Assembly: GCA_017443595.1 (NCBI GenBank)
Contig: JAFSYU010000020.1
Coordinates: 1-64,000, forward strand
Direction: 5' to 3'
Source of the DNA: Clostridia bacterium
GTDB lineage: Bacteria; Bacillota; Clostridia; Oscillospirales; CAG-272
DNA: 64,000 nucleotides
Part shown: piece after piece, positions 1 to 14,730 of the stretch
Layout: each line of letters opens with the position of its first letter
Position numbering within the stretch: the stretch's first letter is position 1
The notes under the pieces: generated by a model
Seen by the model: the letters and a program-made list of their open reading frames with translations, nothing else
The model's database searches: none
What the model was told of the DNA's origin: nothing
Program-made: the position numbers and the translations under genes

Positions 1-476
1 ACAACATTGAAGTCGGAACGGCGAAAGGCTTGCAGCAGATACACGGATACATTTTTGGCGGGCTATATGATTTTGCCGGGCAGATACGTGAATTCAACAT
101 TGCAAAAGGAGGCTTCGTCTTTACACCCGCGCTGTGTTTGAGCGGAGCTCTTGCAAATATCGAAAAAATGCCTGAAACCACGCTTGAAGAAATTGTCAGG
201 AAATACGTTGATATGAATGTCGCACATCCGTTTATGGAAGGCAACGGCAGAAGCACGCGAATGTGGCTTGATATGATTCTGAAAAAGAATCTGAAAAAAT
301 GCGTTGACTGGAGCTTAATTGACAAAAAAGATTATCTCGCCGCCATGCGCATAAGCGTTGTCGATACACAAAAGATATATTCGTTAATAAAGAATGCCTT
401 GACCGACGATATCAACAACCGCGAGATCATCATGAAAGGCATTGATTATTCTTATTACTACGAGACCGAGGAATAA
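1..476 (+). CDS. Fic/Doc family protein, 5'-partial. The frame is open to the window start and the listed TTG start is probably internal.
   Basis: Motif [12 protein letters not shown] matches the Fic active-site motif HPFx(D/E)GNGRxxR. The reading frame continues upstream of position 30 with no stop. Confidence 0.7.
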   Translation, partial: NIEVGTAKGLQQIHGYIFGGLYDFAGQIREFNIAKGGFVFTPALCLSGALANIEKMPETTLEEIVRKYVDMNVAHPFMEGNGRSTRMWLDMILKKNLKKCVDWSLIDKKDYLAAMRISVVDTQKIYSLIKNALTDDINNREIIMKGIDYSYYYETEE

Positions 477-696
477 TAATGCTAAAAAAGTAAAGGATGA
501 GAACAACTGATGGGAAATAAAACCAAAAAAGAAGAAGAGTATTTATCACTCAAAAAGGAACAGTTAGATCATATCTGAGAAGATCATTCTCACGGCAAAT
601 AACGTCTTGACGCAATCCGGAATTACTTATCTTCCATTTTATATGGCTTTTATGCTGTAGCAAATAAAATCTCATCACTAAATAATAGGTAATATT

Positions 697-1950
697 ATGG
701 CATACAACGAATTGATAAAAAACTTCAATCGAATCCGCGATTATATGCGAGAGTTCTATATATACGGTTTCAAACGCCGTGATGAATACACAAAGAAAAG
801 TTCCCGTTCATATGATGACGAGAGACGAAGAATGGAGAGTTTGTTGGGCGATTATATGCGCTTTCGTCAAACAGCCGACGGTAAAAATGTTTTTATTTCG
901 ATAGACAGCCGTGTTTCCAACCATAACCCTTTATACAAAGCCTGGAAAGCCAAAAGCTTCACTGACGGAGACATAACACTCCACTTTGTTCTTCTGGACA
1001 TTCTTTCAACTGAAAAAAACGGCATAACACTTTCAGATATAGTTGACAAACTGTATGAAATGCTTCCCGAATCCTCAAGACAGTTTGATGAATCAACGGT
1101 TAGAAAAAAGTTAAAGGAATATACTTCCGAAGGCATAGTCAAAACAAAAAAGGAAGGAAAAACAGTTAAATACCTCCCTGAAGAGATAGCAGATGTCTCC
1201 GGTTTTTCCGACGTGCTCGATTTCTTTTCTGAAACAGCTCCGTGCGGGGTAATCGGCTCATTTCTACTTGATAAAGTGCATTCTCATAATGACCGCTTCG
1301 CGTTTAAACATCATTATATTACCGGCGCTCTTGACAGTGATATTGCCTGTTTATTGTTTGATTCAATGAAAGATAAATGCAACATCACGCTAGAAACTAT
1401 CAACCGGCACAGGGACAGGATTGCGGAAAATCACGTTATTCCTCTGCGGATCATGATCAGTGTGCAGAGCGGAAGGCAGTACCTGATGGCATATGTTCCG
1501 CGTTACAGAAGAATTACTTCATTCAGATTGGACAATATATTGTCGGTTAAAAAGGACGAGAAAACTGAAAAATTCGATTATTTCAGAGAACAGCTTGACA
1601 GAATACAGTCGCATATGTGGGGGGTTAGTACACAAAGCCGTGCCGGAAACCGTATGGAACATGTGGATTTCACAGTTACCTACAGCGACAACGAAAAACA
1701 TATTCCTAAAAGGCTTGAGCGTGAAAAACGCTGCGGAACTGTAGAACACCTTGATGATAACACAAGTCGATTCTCCGCGGATGTTTATGACGCTACAGAG
1801 CTTGTTCCATGGATAAGAACATTTATATGCAGAATCAAGGAAATCCATTTTTCTAACGAAATCCTTCAGAAACAGTTCCGCGATGACATGGAAGCAATGT
1901 ACAGATTATACGGTATAGAGGAAGGTGGTGAAAGCAATGCTGTTCAGTGA
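697..1950 (+). CDS. WYL-domain transcriptional regulator (wHTH + WYL + C-terminal extension), PafB/C-like
   Basis: 417 aa. A winged-HTH-like segment (LLDILSTEKNGITLSDIVDKLYEM) is followed by a WYL signature, GRQYLMAYVPRYRRITSFRLDNILSV (YLxAY...R.TSFRLDNI). The 3' end overlaps the next gene, indicating translational coupling. Confidence 0.6.
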   Translation: MAYNELIKNFNRIRDYMREFYIYGFKRRDEYTKKSSRSYDDERRRMESLLGDYMRFRQTADGKNVFISIDSRVSNHNPLYKAWKAKSFTDGDITLHFVLLDILSTEKNGITLSDIVDKLYEMLPESSRQFDESTVRKKLKEYTSEGIVKTKKEGKTVKYLPEEIADVSGFSDVLDFFSETAPCGVIGSFLLDKVHSHNDRFAFKHHYITGALDSDIACLLFDSMKDKCNITLETINRHRDRIAENHVIPLRIMISVQSGRQYLMAYVPRYRRITSFRLDNILSVKKDEKTEKFDYFREQLDRIQSHMWGVSTQSRAGNRMEHVDFTVTYSDNEKHIPKRLEREKRCGTVEHLDDNTSRFSADVYDATELVPWIRTFICRIKEIHFSNEILQKQFRDDMEAMYRLYGIEEGGESNAVQ

Positions 1951-2854
1951 ACTCTACAGTGCTTATTACAACGCCGTCGCTGCGATTCTGAAAGAAGCCG
2001 TAGCATCGCCGGTTTCAGCCGCCCAGATCACAATGATTGCCAAAAAATATGCATTCAGCGAGAGTTTCTTAACAATAACCGAATCTCTGAAAAACGGAGA
2101 CTGGCCTCTTCTTAACGACGACAATACCGGTGTTGTTCGGAACAGTCCTGAAATGCCCCTTACACTTCTTCAGAAAAGATGGCTGAAAGCAATCTCAAAT
2201 GATCCGAGAATACGTCTGTTCAACGTTGAAATGCCCGAATTTACGGATGTTGAGCCACTTTTCGGGTCGGATGATTTCTGCGTTTTCGACAAATACTCCG
2301 ATGGTGACAATTATGAAGATGAGCAGTACATAACACATTTCAGGATTATCCTTGATGCGATTAAAAACAAATATCCCCTGCAATTCTTTATAATGAACAG
2401 AAATGACAGATTCAGCAGACTGACAGCGCAACCTGAGTATATCGAATATTCAGAGAAGGATGATAAGTTCAGAGTCGGCATATCCGGTTTCAGATACGGA
2501 GATACAGTTAATATCGGCCGGATCCTGTCCTGTAAACGCGTAAAAAACTCTTTCCCATCAAGGACGGCCAATGGGATCAGAACAATGGGAAAAGTTGTGC
2601 TGGAAGTTACGGATGACAGAAATGCCCTGGAGAGAGTTCTGCTTCACTTCGCGCATTTTGCCAAAGAAGCGGAGAGAATTGATGAGAATCATTACCGGAT
2701 AACAATCGAATATGACCGAGATGACGAAGTTGAAATGGTTATAAGAATCCTTTCGTTCGGTCCAATGATCAAGGTTTCAGAGCCGTTTTATTTCCGGGAT
2801 CTCATAAAAAACCGTTTGTTAGATCAAAAAAACCTCATAAAAAGCTGCGAGTGA
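1925..2854 (+). CDS. Second WYL/WCX-like domain protein, the likely heterodimer partner of the upstream regulator
   Basis: 309 aa and overlaps the upstream gene. A WYL-like segment (PEYIEYSEKDDKFRVGISGFRYGDTVNIGRI) and a WCX-like tail (YRITIEYDRDDEVEMVIRILSFGPMIKVSEP) are present. The match is weaker than for the first gene. Confidence 0.4.
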   Translation: MVKAMLFSELYSAYYNAVAAILKEAVASPVSAAQITMIAKKYAFSESFLTITESLKNGDWPLLNDDNTGVVRNSPEMPLTLLQKRWLKAISNDPRIRLFNVEMPEFTDVEPLFGSDDFCVFDKYSDGDNYEDEQYITHFRIILDAIKNKYPLQFFIMNRNDRFSRLTAQPEYIEYSEKDDKFRVGISGFRYGDTVNIGRILSCKRVKNSFPSRTANGIRTMGKVVLEVTDDRNALERVLLHFAHFAKEAERIDENHYRITIEYDRDDEVEMVIRILSFGPMIKVSEPFYFRDLIKNRLLDQKNLIKSCE

Positions 2855-2876
2855 AAGACCTCGCAACTTTTTTTCC
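2845..2876 (+). terminator. Rho-independent terminator after the WYL pair
   Basis: GCGAG-tgaaagacc-CTCGC hairpin followed by aacTTTTTTT. Confidence 0.6.
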
Positions 2877-2898
2877 GTGAAAACGCTTAAAAACCGGG

Positions 2899-2904
2899 CT
2901 ATAA
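2899..2904 (+). promoter_or_regulatory. TATAAT -10 element in front of the non-coding region
   Basis: gggcTATAATaatatcgc. No convincing -35 element was found, so this is a weak call. Confidence 0.3.
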
Positions 2905-2911
2905 TAATATC

Positions 2912-3065
2912 GCAAGGTTGAAAACGGGTGTGTCAAATCACCGCTTTGCCCGAGGATATTCCAAAGGGTATGATGGTTCTCTCCGCTTGCGAGTTGGCAG
3001 TCACTTCACAGTGATGGGGTTCAAATCCCCGTATACGCAGGTTCGAATCCTGCCGTGCGTTGAAA
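2912..3065 (+). ncRNA. Candidate structured or tRNA-like ncRNA, or a long 5' leader, carrying two tandem tRNA T-arm-like hairpins
   Basis: TGGGG-TTCAAAT-CCCCG (3015-3031) and GCAGG-TTCGAAT-CCTGC (3037-3053) both carry the GGTTCGAATCC-type T-loop consensus, and a TCACT-tcac-AGTGA hairpin sits at 3001-3014. No complete cloverleaf can be drawn, and nothing across about 450 bp is credibly coding. Confidence 0.35.
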
Positions 3066-3334
3066 AACGTATCGCCAGTGGTTGGAAATCGCTCCGAAAG
3101 GGGCTCAGTACGCGTTTTGCCGCGAAGAAAAAAGTGTCTGTCGCGTCGGATAACAGCTTTACAGTCGTTTGAAGACAATGGAAAAGCAGCCTTGTCCGAT
3201 CCCGGATACCGTTTATCTGTGACAAAGGCCAGACAAATCTGTTCCGCCTTTGAAATAGAAAGCTTAAGGTTTTGGCCGCCGCCTTTTCATAGACAGGCAC
3301 GACGACATTTATAACCCTATGGAGGTTTGGAAAT

Positions 3335-4441
3335 ATGAAAACTGTAGTCATCAATGAAAAACAAAAAGGTTTCCTTTTTAAAGACGGGAAGTACATTAAA
3401 ACCGTCGGCGCCGGTAAATACAGACTGTTCGGCGGCAGAGACATCGAAGTATCCGAATATGGCAGCATCATAACAAGTGCTTACTGTACACTGGACACTT
3501 TGCTTGAAGACAAGGAATTTGCCGCAATGGTATCTGTTGTCGAAGTCAATGACGAGCAGATTGCTCTCCATTATGTCAATGGCAGATTTGCCTGTGCTCT
3601 TCCCAGGCACGGAAAATACGCTTTCTGGAATGGTAGCGATACGCACTCCTTCCAGATCGTTGATATATCTTCACCGGAAGTCGATTCAATTGTCCCGAGG
3701 TACATTTTTGACAAAATCCAGCCCACTCTGTTTACCAGAATTGAGGTTGCCGAATACCAGAAAGCTCGCCTGTATTACGACAATAGGTTCGTCCGTATTC
3801 TTGAACCCGGGACGTACTTTTTCTGGAATACAAGCGTAAAAGTCAATGTAGGGTTTGTCGATACCCGGCTTACAAAAATGGATATAACCGGTCAGGAGAT
3901 AATGACGCTCGACAAAGTTTCTCTGAGAATCAATTTCGTCTGCAACTACAAAGTTACCGATTATGTCAGAATACTGACTGAAATCGATGACTATGTTGAG
4001 CAGATGCACATCGCCGCTCAACTTGCTCTCCGGGATTACGTCGGCAAGTATAAACTTGACGAAATACTTGAGAACAAAGATGAGATGTCCAAGTATGTTT
4101 TCCAGAAACTGAAAGAAAAAGAAGCGGAGCTCTTCGTCGAAATAAAAGATGCTGGCGTCAAGGACATTATACTTCCCGGCGAGATCCGCGACATTATGAA
4201 TACCGTACTTGTGGCTGAAAAGAAAGCTCAAGCGAACGTTATCACCCGCCGCGAGGAAGTGGCCTCCACAAGATCCCTTCTGAATACAGCCAAACTCATG
4301 GAGGAAAACCAGACTCTCTACAAGCTGAAAGAACTTGAGTATGTCGAGAGGATCTGCGAAAACGTCGGAAATATCAATGTTAACGGAAATAGCGACATGC
4401 TTTCCCAGCTTCTCGGAATAGTGGGAGACAAGAAAGAATAA
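3335..4441 (+). CDS. SPFH/band-7 (slipin/stomatin-like) domain protein
   Basis: 368 aa. The C-terminal half resembles HflK/C- or stomatin-type SPFH domains followed by a coiled-coil (…LALRDYVGKYKLDEILENKDEMS…LVAEKKAQANVITRREEVAS…). Confidence 0.6.
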   Translation: MKTVVINEKQKGFLFKDGKYIKTVGAGKYRLFGGRDIEVSEYGSIITSAYCTLDTLLEDKEFAAMVSVVEVNDEQIALHYVNGRFACALPRHGKYAFWNGSDTHSFQIVDISSPEVDSIVPRYIFDKIQPTLFTRIEVAEYQKARLYYDNRFVRILEPGTYFFWNTSVKVNVGFVDTRLTKMDITGQEIMTLDKVSLRINFVCNYKVTDYVRILTEIDDYVEQMHIAAQLALRDYVGKYKLDEILENKDEMSKYVFQKLKEKEAELFVEIKDAGVKDIILPGEIRDIMNTVLVAEKKAQANVITRREEVASTRSLLNTAKLMEENQTLYKLKELEYVERICENVGNINVNGNSDMLSQLLGIVGDKKE

Positions 4442-4456
4442 TTAGAGGTAATTACT

Positions 4457-5704
4457 ATGTTTGAAATAAAAGGAACCGTTAATACAGCGATTTGCTATGC
4501 AAAAGTTGTTGAGGACGAGGCCATTGAGCAGATCCGTCGCATGTGCAGCTACGCGCTTACCGAAGAGAGCAAGGTCAGAATCATGCCTGACGTCCATTCG
4601 GGGAAAGGCTGTACTATCGGTACAACAATGACAGTGGTGGACAAAGCCTGTCCCAATGTCGTCGGCGTTGATATCGGTTGCGGAATGTATACTGTCAAAC
4701 TCGAGGATAAAACACTCGATTTTGAAAAAATCGATGAAGCATGTCACTTTATCCCTTCGGGAATGAATGTCTGGGAGGGCCGTATCGAAAGATTTGATTT
4801 AACCGGACTTCGCTGCTACCGGTCTTTAAAAGACTCCCGGCGTCTTGAACGTTCTCTTGGAACCCTTGGCGGAGGAAACCATTTCATCGAGGTCGACAGA
4901 GCATCCGACGGGACCTTTTACCTTGTTATTCACTCCGGCAGCCGCAACCTCGGCAAACAGGTAGCGGAGATCTATCAGCAGCTCGCGATTGATCTACATG
5001 CAGGTAAAGAAGATTATTTCAGACGCAGAGACGAAATCATAGAATCATACAAAGCTGAAGGAAGACGCACAGAGATACAAGCCGCGCTTAAATCTCTCGC
5101 TAAAGAATATGATGCAAAAGAATCTGATGTGCCTGAAGATATTTGCTGGCTTTACGGCTCTTTTCTCGGGGACTATCTCCACGATGTTGAAATCTGTCAG
5201 CAGTTCGCAAAAAGAAGTCGTGAAAAGATGGCGGAGATAATTCTTGAGAGAACGGGAATGACCGCGAAAGAATCGTTCCATACGATTCACAACTACATTG
5301 ATACCGATGAAATGATTCTTCGTAAAGGAGCTATCGCCGCGCATGCAGGAGAAAAAGTGCTTATTCCCATTAATATGCGCGATGGATCTGTAATCGCAAT
5401 CGGAAGAGGAAATCCTGATTGGAACTTCTCTGCTCCTCACGGTGCAGGCAGGCTTATGTCCAGGACCAAGGCGAAAGAAACTCTTGATCTTGAATCCTAT
5501 AAGGAAGCTATGGCGGGCATTTACACCACTTCAGTAAACGAACAGACAATAGACGAAGCACCCATGACCTACAAGTCTCTTGAAGACATTATTGACGTTA
5601 TCCGCGATTCTGTTGATATAGTCGACATTATGAAACCCGTTTACAACTTCAAGGCTTCAGATGACGATCTTCCTTGGAAGAAAAAGACTATTGCGGCTTC
5701 TTAA
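4457..5704 (+). CDS. rtcB: RNA-splicing ligase RtcB (3'-phosphate/5'-OH RNA ligase)
   Basis: 415 aa with the motifs MPDVHSGKGCTIGTT and GGGNHFIE, which are characteristic of RtcB. Confidence 0.85.
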   Translation: MFEIKGTVNTAICYAKVVEDEAIEQIRRMCSYALTEESKVRIMPDVHSGKGCTIGTTMTVVDKACPNVVGVDIGCGMYTVKLEDKTLDFEKIDEACHFIPSGMNVWEGRIERFDLTGLRCYRSLKDSRRLERSLGTLGGGNHFIEVDRASDGTFYLVIHSGSRNLGKQVAEIYQQLAIDLHAGKEDYFRRRDEIIESYKAEGRRTEIQAALKSLAKEYDAKESDVPEDICWLYGSFLGDYLHDVEICQQFAKRSREKMAEIILERTGMTAKESFHTIHNYIDTDEMILRKGAIAAHAGEKVLIPINMRDGSVIAIGRGNPDWNFSAPHGAGRLMSRTKAKETLDLESYKEAMAGIYTTSVNEQTIDEAPMTYKSLEDIIDVIRDSVDIVDIMKPVYNFKASDDDLPWKKKTIAAS

Positions 5705-5775
5705 TCAATCAAATATCTCTCAATGAATCACGATTGTATTCGAATTTTCTTTGCCTGATACGTTATACTGCGTAA

Positions 5776-5819
5776 AACAAAAAAACGTCCTCCGCTCTGT
5801 GGGCGGAGGAATTTTTTTC
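5776..5819. terminator. Bidirectional rho-independent terminator between rtcB and carB
   Basis: An A-run, then CCTCCGC-tctgtgg-GCGGAGG, then a T-run. Confidence 0.7.
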
Positions 5820-8800
5820 AGTTTATCGTAGATATCCCTATGTTCGCTTCTTCAAGCACGTCGAGGAGCATTCGCACGGTATCAAGTGAGGTCAGCGTAG
5901 CCACGCCGTTCTGCGCGGCGGCGCGGCGTATCTCAACGCCGTCTCCGTAATGTACGCCGGATAAGATCGCGCGCGTGTTTATTACGTAGCTTACGTAACC
6001 GGCGCGTATGGAACGCACCACCTCGTCGCTGCCCTCGCTCGGTTTGCCGAGCGTTCTTGTGCGTATGCCGTTCTCACGCAGCACGTGCGCGGTAAGCGAC
6101 GTTGCCTCTATATTGAATCCCATGTTGTAGAATCTTCTGATAAGCGGCACGGTCTCGTCCTTGTCCTCGTCCGCGACGCTTACAAGCACCGTTCCGTAGT
6201 TTTTCAGCTTCATTCCGGACGCTGTGAGCGCCTTATACGCCGCTCTGTGAAGTTTTTTGTCATAGCCTATCGCTTCTCCGGTGGACTTCATTTCCGGTGA
6301 CAGATAAGAATCCATGCCGTACAGCTTTGAGAACGAAAACGCGGGAACTTTTACGTAACAGCGTTCCTTTTCTTTCGGATATATCTCAAATATCCCCTGT
6401 TCTTTAAGCGAAATACCGAGCATAACGCGCGTACCTATATCCGCTAAGCTGAATCCCGTGGCTTTTGACAAAAACGGAACGGTACGCGACGAGCGCGGGT
6501 TGACCTCTATAATATAAACGTTGTCGTCCTTATCCACGATGAACTGAATGTTGAAAAGCCCGACTATCCCTATGCCTAACCCTAATTTTTTCGTATATTT
6601 CAGTATCAGCGCCTTGACTTTATCGGACAAGGAATACGGCGGATATACGCTTACGGAGTCGCCGGAGTGGACGCCCGTGCGTTCCACAAGCTCCATTATG
6701 CCGGGGATGAAAACGTCGCGTCCGTCGCATACGGCGTCCACCTCAACCTCTTTGCCTTTGATGTATTTATCAATAAGCACGGGCTTGTCAACGTCTATTT
6801 CAACGGCGGTCTTCAAATAATTTCTCATATCGCGCTCTTTTGCGACTATCTGCATAGCGCGCCCGCCCAAAACGAACGAGGGGCGCACGAGAACGGGATA
6901 ACCTATTTCAGCCGCCGTTTTAACGCCTTCTTCAATATCCGTCACGGCTTTGCCGCGCGGTTGGGGGATGTCAAGCGAGACGAGCAGATTTTCAAACAGG
7001 TCTCTGTTCTCCGCTCTGTCTATCGCCCCGCAGTCCGTGCCTATTATTTTTACTCCGCGTTCGTTTAACGGATCGGCAAGGTTTATTGCGGTCTGGCCGC
7101 CGAGCGTGACTATGACGCCCTCCGGTTTTTCAAGCTCTATGACGTTCATAACGTCCTCTGTGCAGAGCGGCTCGAAATAGAGTTTATCGGAGCAGGTGTA
7201 ATCCGTTGAAACGGTCTCCGGGTTGTTGTTTATTATTATAGCCTCGTATCCCGCCGCTTTTATGGTCTGAACGGCGTGGACTGTGGAATAATCAAATTCC
7301 ACGCCCTGACCGATACGTATGGGCCCCGATCCGAGCACGATCATTTTCTTTTTATCCGACACGACGGACTCGTTTTCTTCCTCATACGTTGAGTAAAAAT
7401 ACGGGATGTAGCTGTCAAACTCCGCGGCGCAGGAATCTATCATTTTAAATACCGGTTTTATGTTGTTTTTTATGCGAAGATCGTATACTTCTTTTTCGGT
7501 AACACCCCATAAAACCGCTATTTCTTTATCGGAAAATCCCGTTTTTTTGCCGTCGTATAATGCCGACAGATCAAACGGTTTTGCTTTTATTTCCGCTTCT
7601 TTTGTTACTATATTTCTTATTTTCCTTAAAAACAGGCGGTCTATAACCGTAATATCGGCTATCAGATCGACAGTCGCGCCGACGCGGAAAAGCTCGGCTA
7701 TGGCAAATATCCTGTCGTCCTTGCCGTCTTTTATATAATCAAGCAAAGCGTCTTTTGTATAGCCGTCAAATTTCGGTAAATGAAGATGATAAGCGCCGAT
7801 CTCAAGCGAGCGTATGCCTTTGAGCAGACTTTCTTCAACAGTTCTGCCCACGCTCATCGTCTCGCCGGTGGCTTTCATCTGAGTGGATAATCTGTTGTCC
7901 GCGTCCGTGAATTTATCAAACGGGAATCTCGGCAGCTTTGTCACAACGTAGTCAAGCGCCGGCTCAAATGAGGCGGGGGTATTTGCGAGCATTATCTCGT
8001 CAAGCGTCATGCCAACGCCTATTTTTGCGGAAACGCGCGCTATGGGATAGCCGCTCGCTTTGGAAGCGAGAGCCGAACTGCGCGAAACGCGCGGGTTTAC
8101 TTCTATCAAATAATACTGAAACGACTTGGGATCGAGCGCGAACTGAACGTTGCAGCCGCCCTCTATTTTAAGCGCGCGGATAATTTTAAGCGCGCTGTCG
8201 CGCAGCATATGATATTCTTTGTTCGTAAGAGTCTGCGACGGGCATACGACTATGGAATCTCCGGTATGAACGCCGACGGGATCGACGTTTTCCATATTAC
8301 ATACGGTTATTGCCGTGTCGTTTTTGTCGCGTATGACTTCGTATTCTATTTCCTTATAGCCTTTTACGCTTTTTTCGATCAAAACCTGACCGACGGGTGA
8401 AAGCGCAAGTCCGTTTTTTAAAAGCGGCACAAGCTCTTCCTCGTTTTCGGCAAAACCGCCGCCCGTGCCGCCGAGCGTGAACGCCGGGCGCAAAACGACC
8501 GGATAGCCGATCCCGGCCGCTATTTTTTTGCCTTCTTCAATATCTGAGCACGTCTGTGACGGCAGGATGGGCTCGCCTAAGCTCTCGCACAGATTTTTAA
8601 AAAGGTCTCTGTCCTCCGCCTGTTCTATACTGCTGCTCTTCGTGCCTAAAAGCTCAACGCGGCACTCTTCAAGCACGCCTTTTTTCTCAAGCGCGACGGC
8701 TAAATTAAGCCCGGTCTGTCCGCCTATGCCGGGCAGTATGGCGTCCGGTCTTTCATAGCGGATTATTTTTGCCATATATTCAAGCGTAAGAGGCTCCATA

Positions 8801-9003
8801 TAGACTTTATCGGCGATAGACGTATCGGTCATTATGGTAGCGGGGTTGCTGTTGCAGAGGACTACCTCGTAGCCCTCTTCCTTTAACGCAAGGCACGCCT
8901 GCGTGCCCGCGTAGTCAAATTCCGCCGCCTGACCTATGACTATGGGGCCGGAGCCTATGACGAGTATTTTTTTGATGTCTGTCCTTTTAGGCATTTTCCG
9001 CAC
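5818..9003 (-). CDS. carB: Carbamoyl-phosphate synthase large subunit
   Basis: 1061 aa with duplicated ATP-grasp halves and a C-terminal MGS-like domain. The length is typical for CarB. Confidence 0.95.
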   Translation of the reverse strand: MRKMPKRTDIKKILVIGSGPIVIGQAAEFDYAGTQACLALKEEGYEVVLCNSNPATIMTDTSIADKVYMEPLTLEYMAKIIRYERPDAILPGIGGQTGLNLAVALEKKGVLEECRVELLGTKSSSIEQAEDRDLFKNLCESLGEPILPSQTCSDIEEGKKIAAGIGYPVVLRPAFTLGGTGGGFAENEEELVPLLKNGLALSPVGQVLIEKSVKGYKEIEYEVIRDKNDTAITVCNMENVDPVGVHTGDSIVVCPSQTLTNKEYHMLRDSALKIIRALKIEGGCNVQFALDPKSFQYYLIEVNPRVSRSSALASKASGYPIARVSAKIGVGMTLDEIMLANTPASFEPALDYVVTKLPRFPFDKFTDADNRLSTQMKATGETMSVGRTVEESLLKGIRSLEIGAYHLHLPKFDGYTKDALLDYIKDGKDDRIFAIAELFRVGATVDLIADITVIDRLFLRKIRNIVTKEAEIKAKPFDLSALYDGKKTGFSDKEIAVLWGVTEKEVYDLRIKNNIKPVFKMIDSCAAEFDSYIPYFYSTYEEENESVVSDKKKMIVLGSGPIRIGQGVEFDYSTVHAVQTIKAAGYEAIIINNNPETVSTDYTCSDKLYFEPLCTEDVMNVIELEKPEGVIVTLGGQTAINLADPLNERGVKIIGTDCGAIDRAENRDLFENLLVSLDIPQPRGKAVTDIEEGVKTAAEIGYPVLVRPSFVLGGRAMQIVAKERDMRNYLKTAVEIDVDKPVLIDKYIKGKEVEVDAVCDGRDVFIPGIMELVERTGVHSGDSVSVYPPYSLSDKVKALILKYTKKLGLGIGIVGLFNIQFIVDKDDNVYIIEVNPRSSRTVPFLSKATGFSLADIGTRVMLGISLKEQGIFEIYPKEKERCYVKVPAFSFSKLYGMDSYLSPEMKSTGEAIGYDKKLHRAAYKALTASGMKLKNYGTVLVSVADEDKDETVPLIRRFYNMGFNIEATSLTAHVLRENGIRTRTLGKPSEGSDEVVRSIRAGYVSYVINTRAILSGVHYGDGVEIRRAAAQNGVATLTSLDTVRMLLDVLEEANIGISTIN

Positions 9004-10086
9004 TCCCTCTCATATATCCGATAAATTTGTCAAACAGATAATAACTGTCCTGCGGTCCGGGCGCGGATTCCGGATGATACTGCACGCTGTACGCGCGGTC
9101 CGTCTCGCATTTTACGCCCTCCACTGTTTTATCAAGCAGGTTTATATGCGTTACGGTGAGCGGCGTGTTTTTAAGGCTGTTTATATCGACCGCGTAAGAA
9201 TGGTTCTGGCTCGTTATATCTATTTTTCCGGTCTCTGCGTTTTTAACGGGGTGATTGCCGCCGCGGTGACCGAATTTGAGCTTATACGTCTTTGCTCCGT
9301 ATGCAAGCGAAAGTATCTGGTGGCCGAGACAAATGCCGAATACAGGATATTTGCCTATAAGCTCTTTTACCGTCCGTACAGTCTCCGGCACGTCCTCCGG
9401 GTCGCCGGGACCGTTAGATAAAAAAACTCCGTCCGGCCGCAGCGCTTTTATCGTTTCTGCGTCCGTGTTCCACGGAACGACGGTGACGCGGCAGCCTTTT
9501 TTATTGAGTGATCTGACGATATTCTTTTTCATTCCGCAGTCTATCGCAACTACGTGATGCGAAAGATCCGCCGAGCCGACCTCATATATGTTTTTACAGC
9601 TCACGCGCGGCACGGCGTCCTTCGGGGGCGGCGTTTTTTCAATTATTTCAAGCCCTTTTTCAAGCGGCGTGTCCGCGCCTGTAATAAGCGCTCTTCTGCT
9701 GCCTTTGTCGCGTATGGAGCGAGTCAGCTTTCTTGTATCTATACCGTAAACACCGGGTATGCCGTATTTTTTCATAACAGAGTCAAGCGTTTCGGAACAT
9801 CTGAAATTCGACGGCTCGTCATTATATTCGCGCACTATAAAAGCGCCTGTTGTGGGGGTATCCGTTTCATAATCGTCATCCGCCATACCGTAGTTTCCGA
9901 TAAGAGGATAAGTCATAACGACAGCCTGATAAGTATATGACGGGTCGGATAAGATCTCCTGATAACCCGCCATTGAAGTATTGAAAACAAGCTCAAGCAC
10001 ACAGTCCTTATCCGCGCCGAAAGAGCAGCCGTAAAACTGCTCTCCGTCTTGCAGTATTATTTTTTTGTCATATTTTTGCGCCATGA

Positions 10087-10090
<4 letters not shown>
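8987..10090 (-). CDS. carA: Carbamoyl-phosphate synthase small (glutaminase) subunit
   Basis: 367 aa with a class-I glutamine amidotransferase C-terminus (GICLGHQ). It overlaps carB. Confidence 0.9.
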
Positions 10091-14718
<4,628 letters not shown>

Positions 14719-14730
14719 ACGAGTATCTCC

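Noticed and set aside
3015-3061. A canonical tRNA or tmRNA gene suggested by the GGTTCGAATCC and GGTTCAAATCC T-loop motifs
   Set aside because: No 7-bp acceptor pairing, D-arm or 7-nt anticodon loop can be built around either T-arm. No tmRNA 5' acceptor, pseudoknots or tag-peptide reading frame are evident. It is reported only as a tRNA-like fragment.
2918-3646. Short ORFs (81-156 aa) on both strands in the 2880-3334 non-coding region
   Set aside because: They overlap each other in several frames, lack ribosome-binding sites and cover the tRNA-like hairpins. The region is better explained as non-coding.
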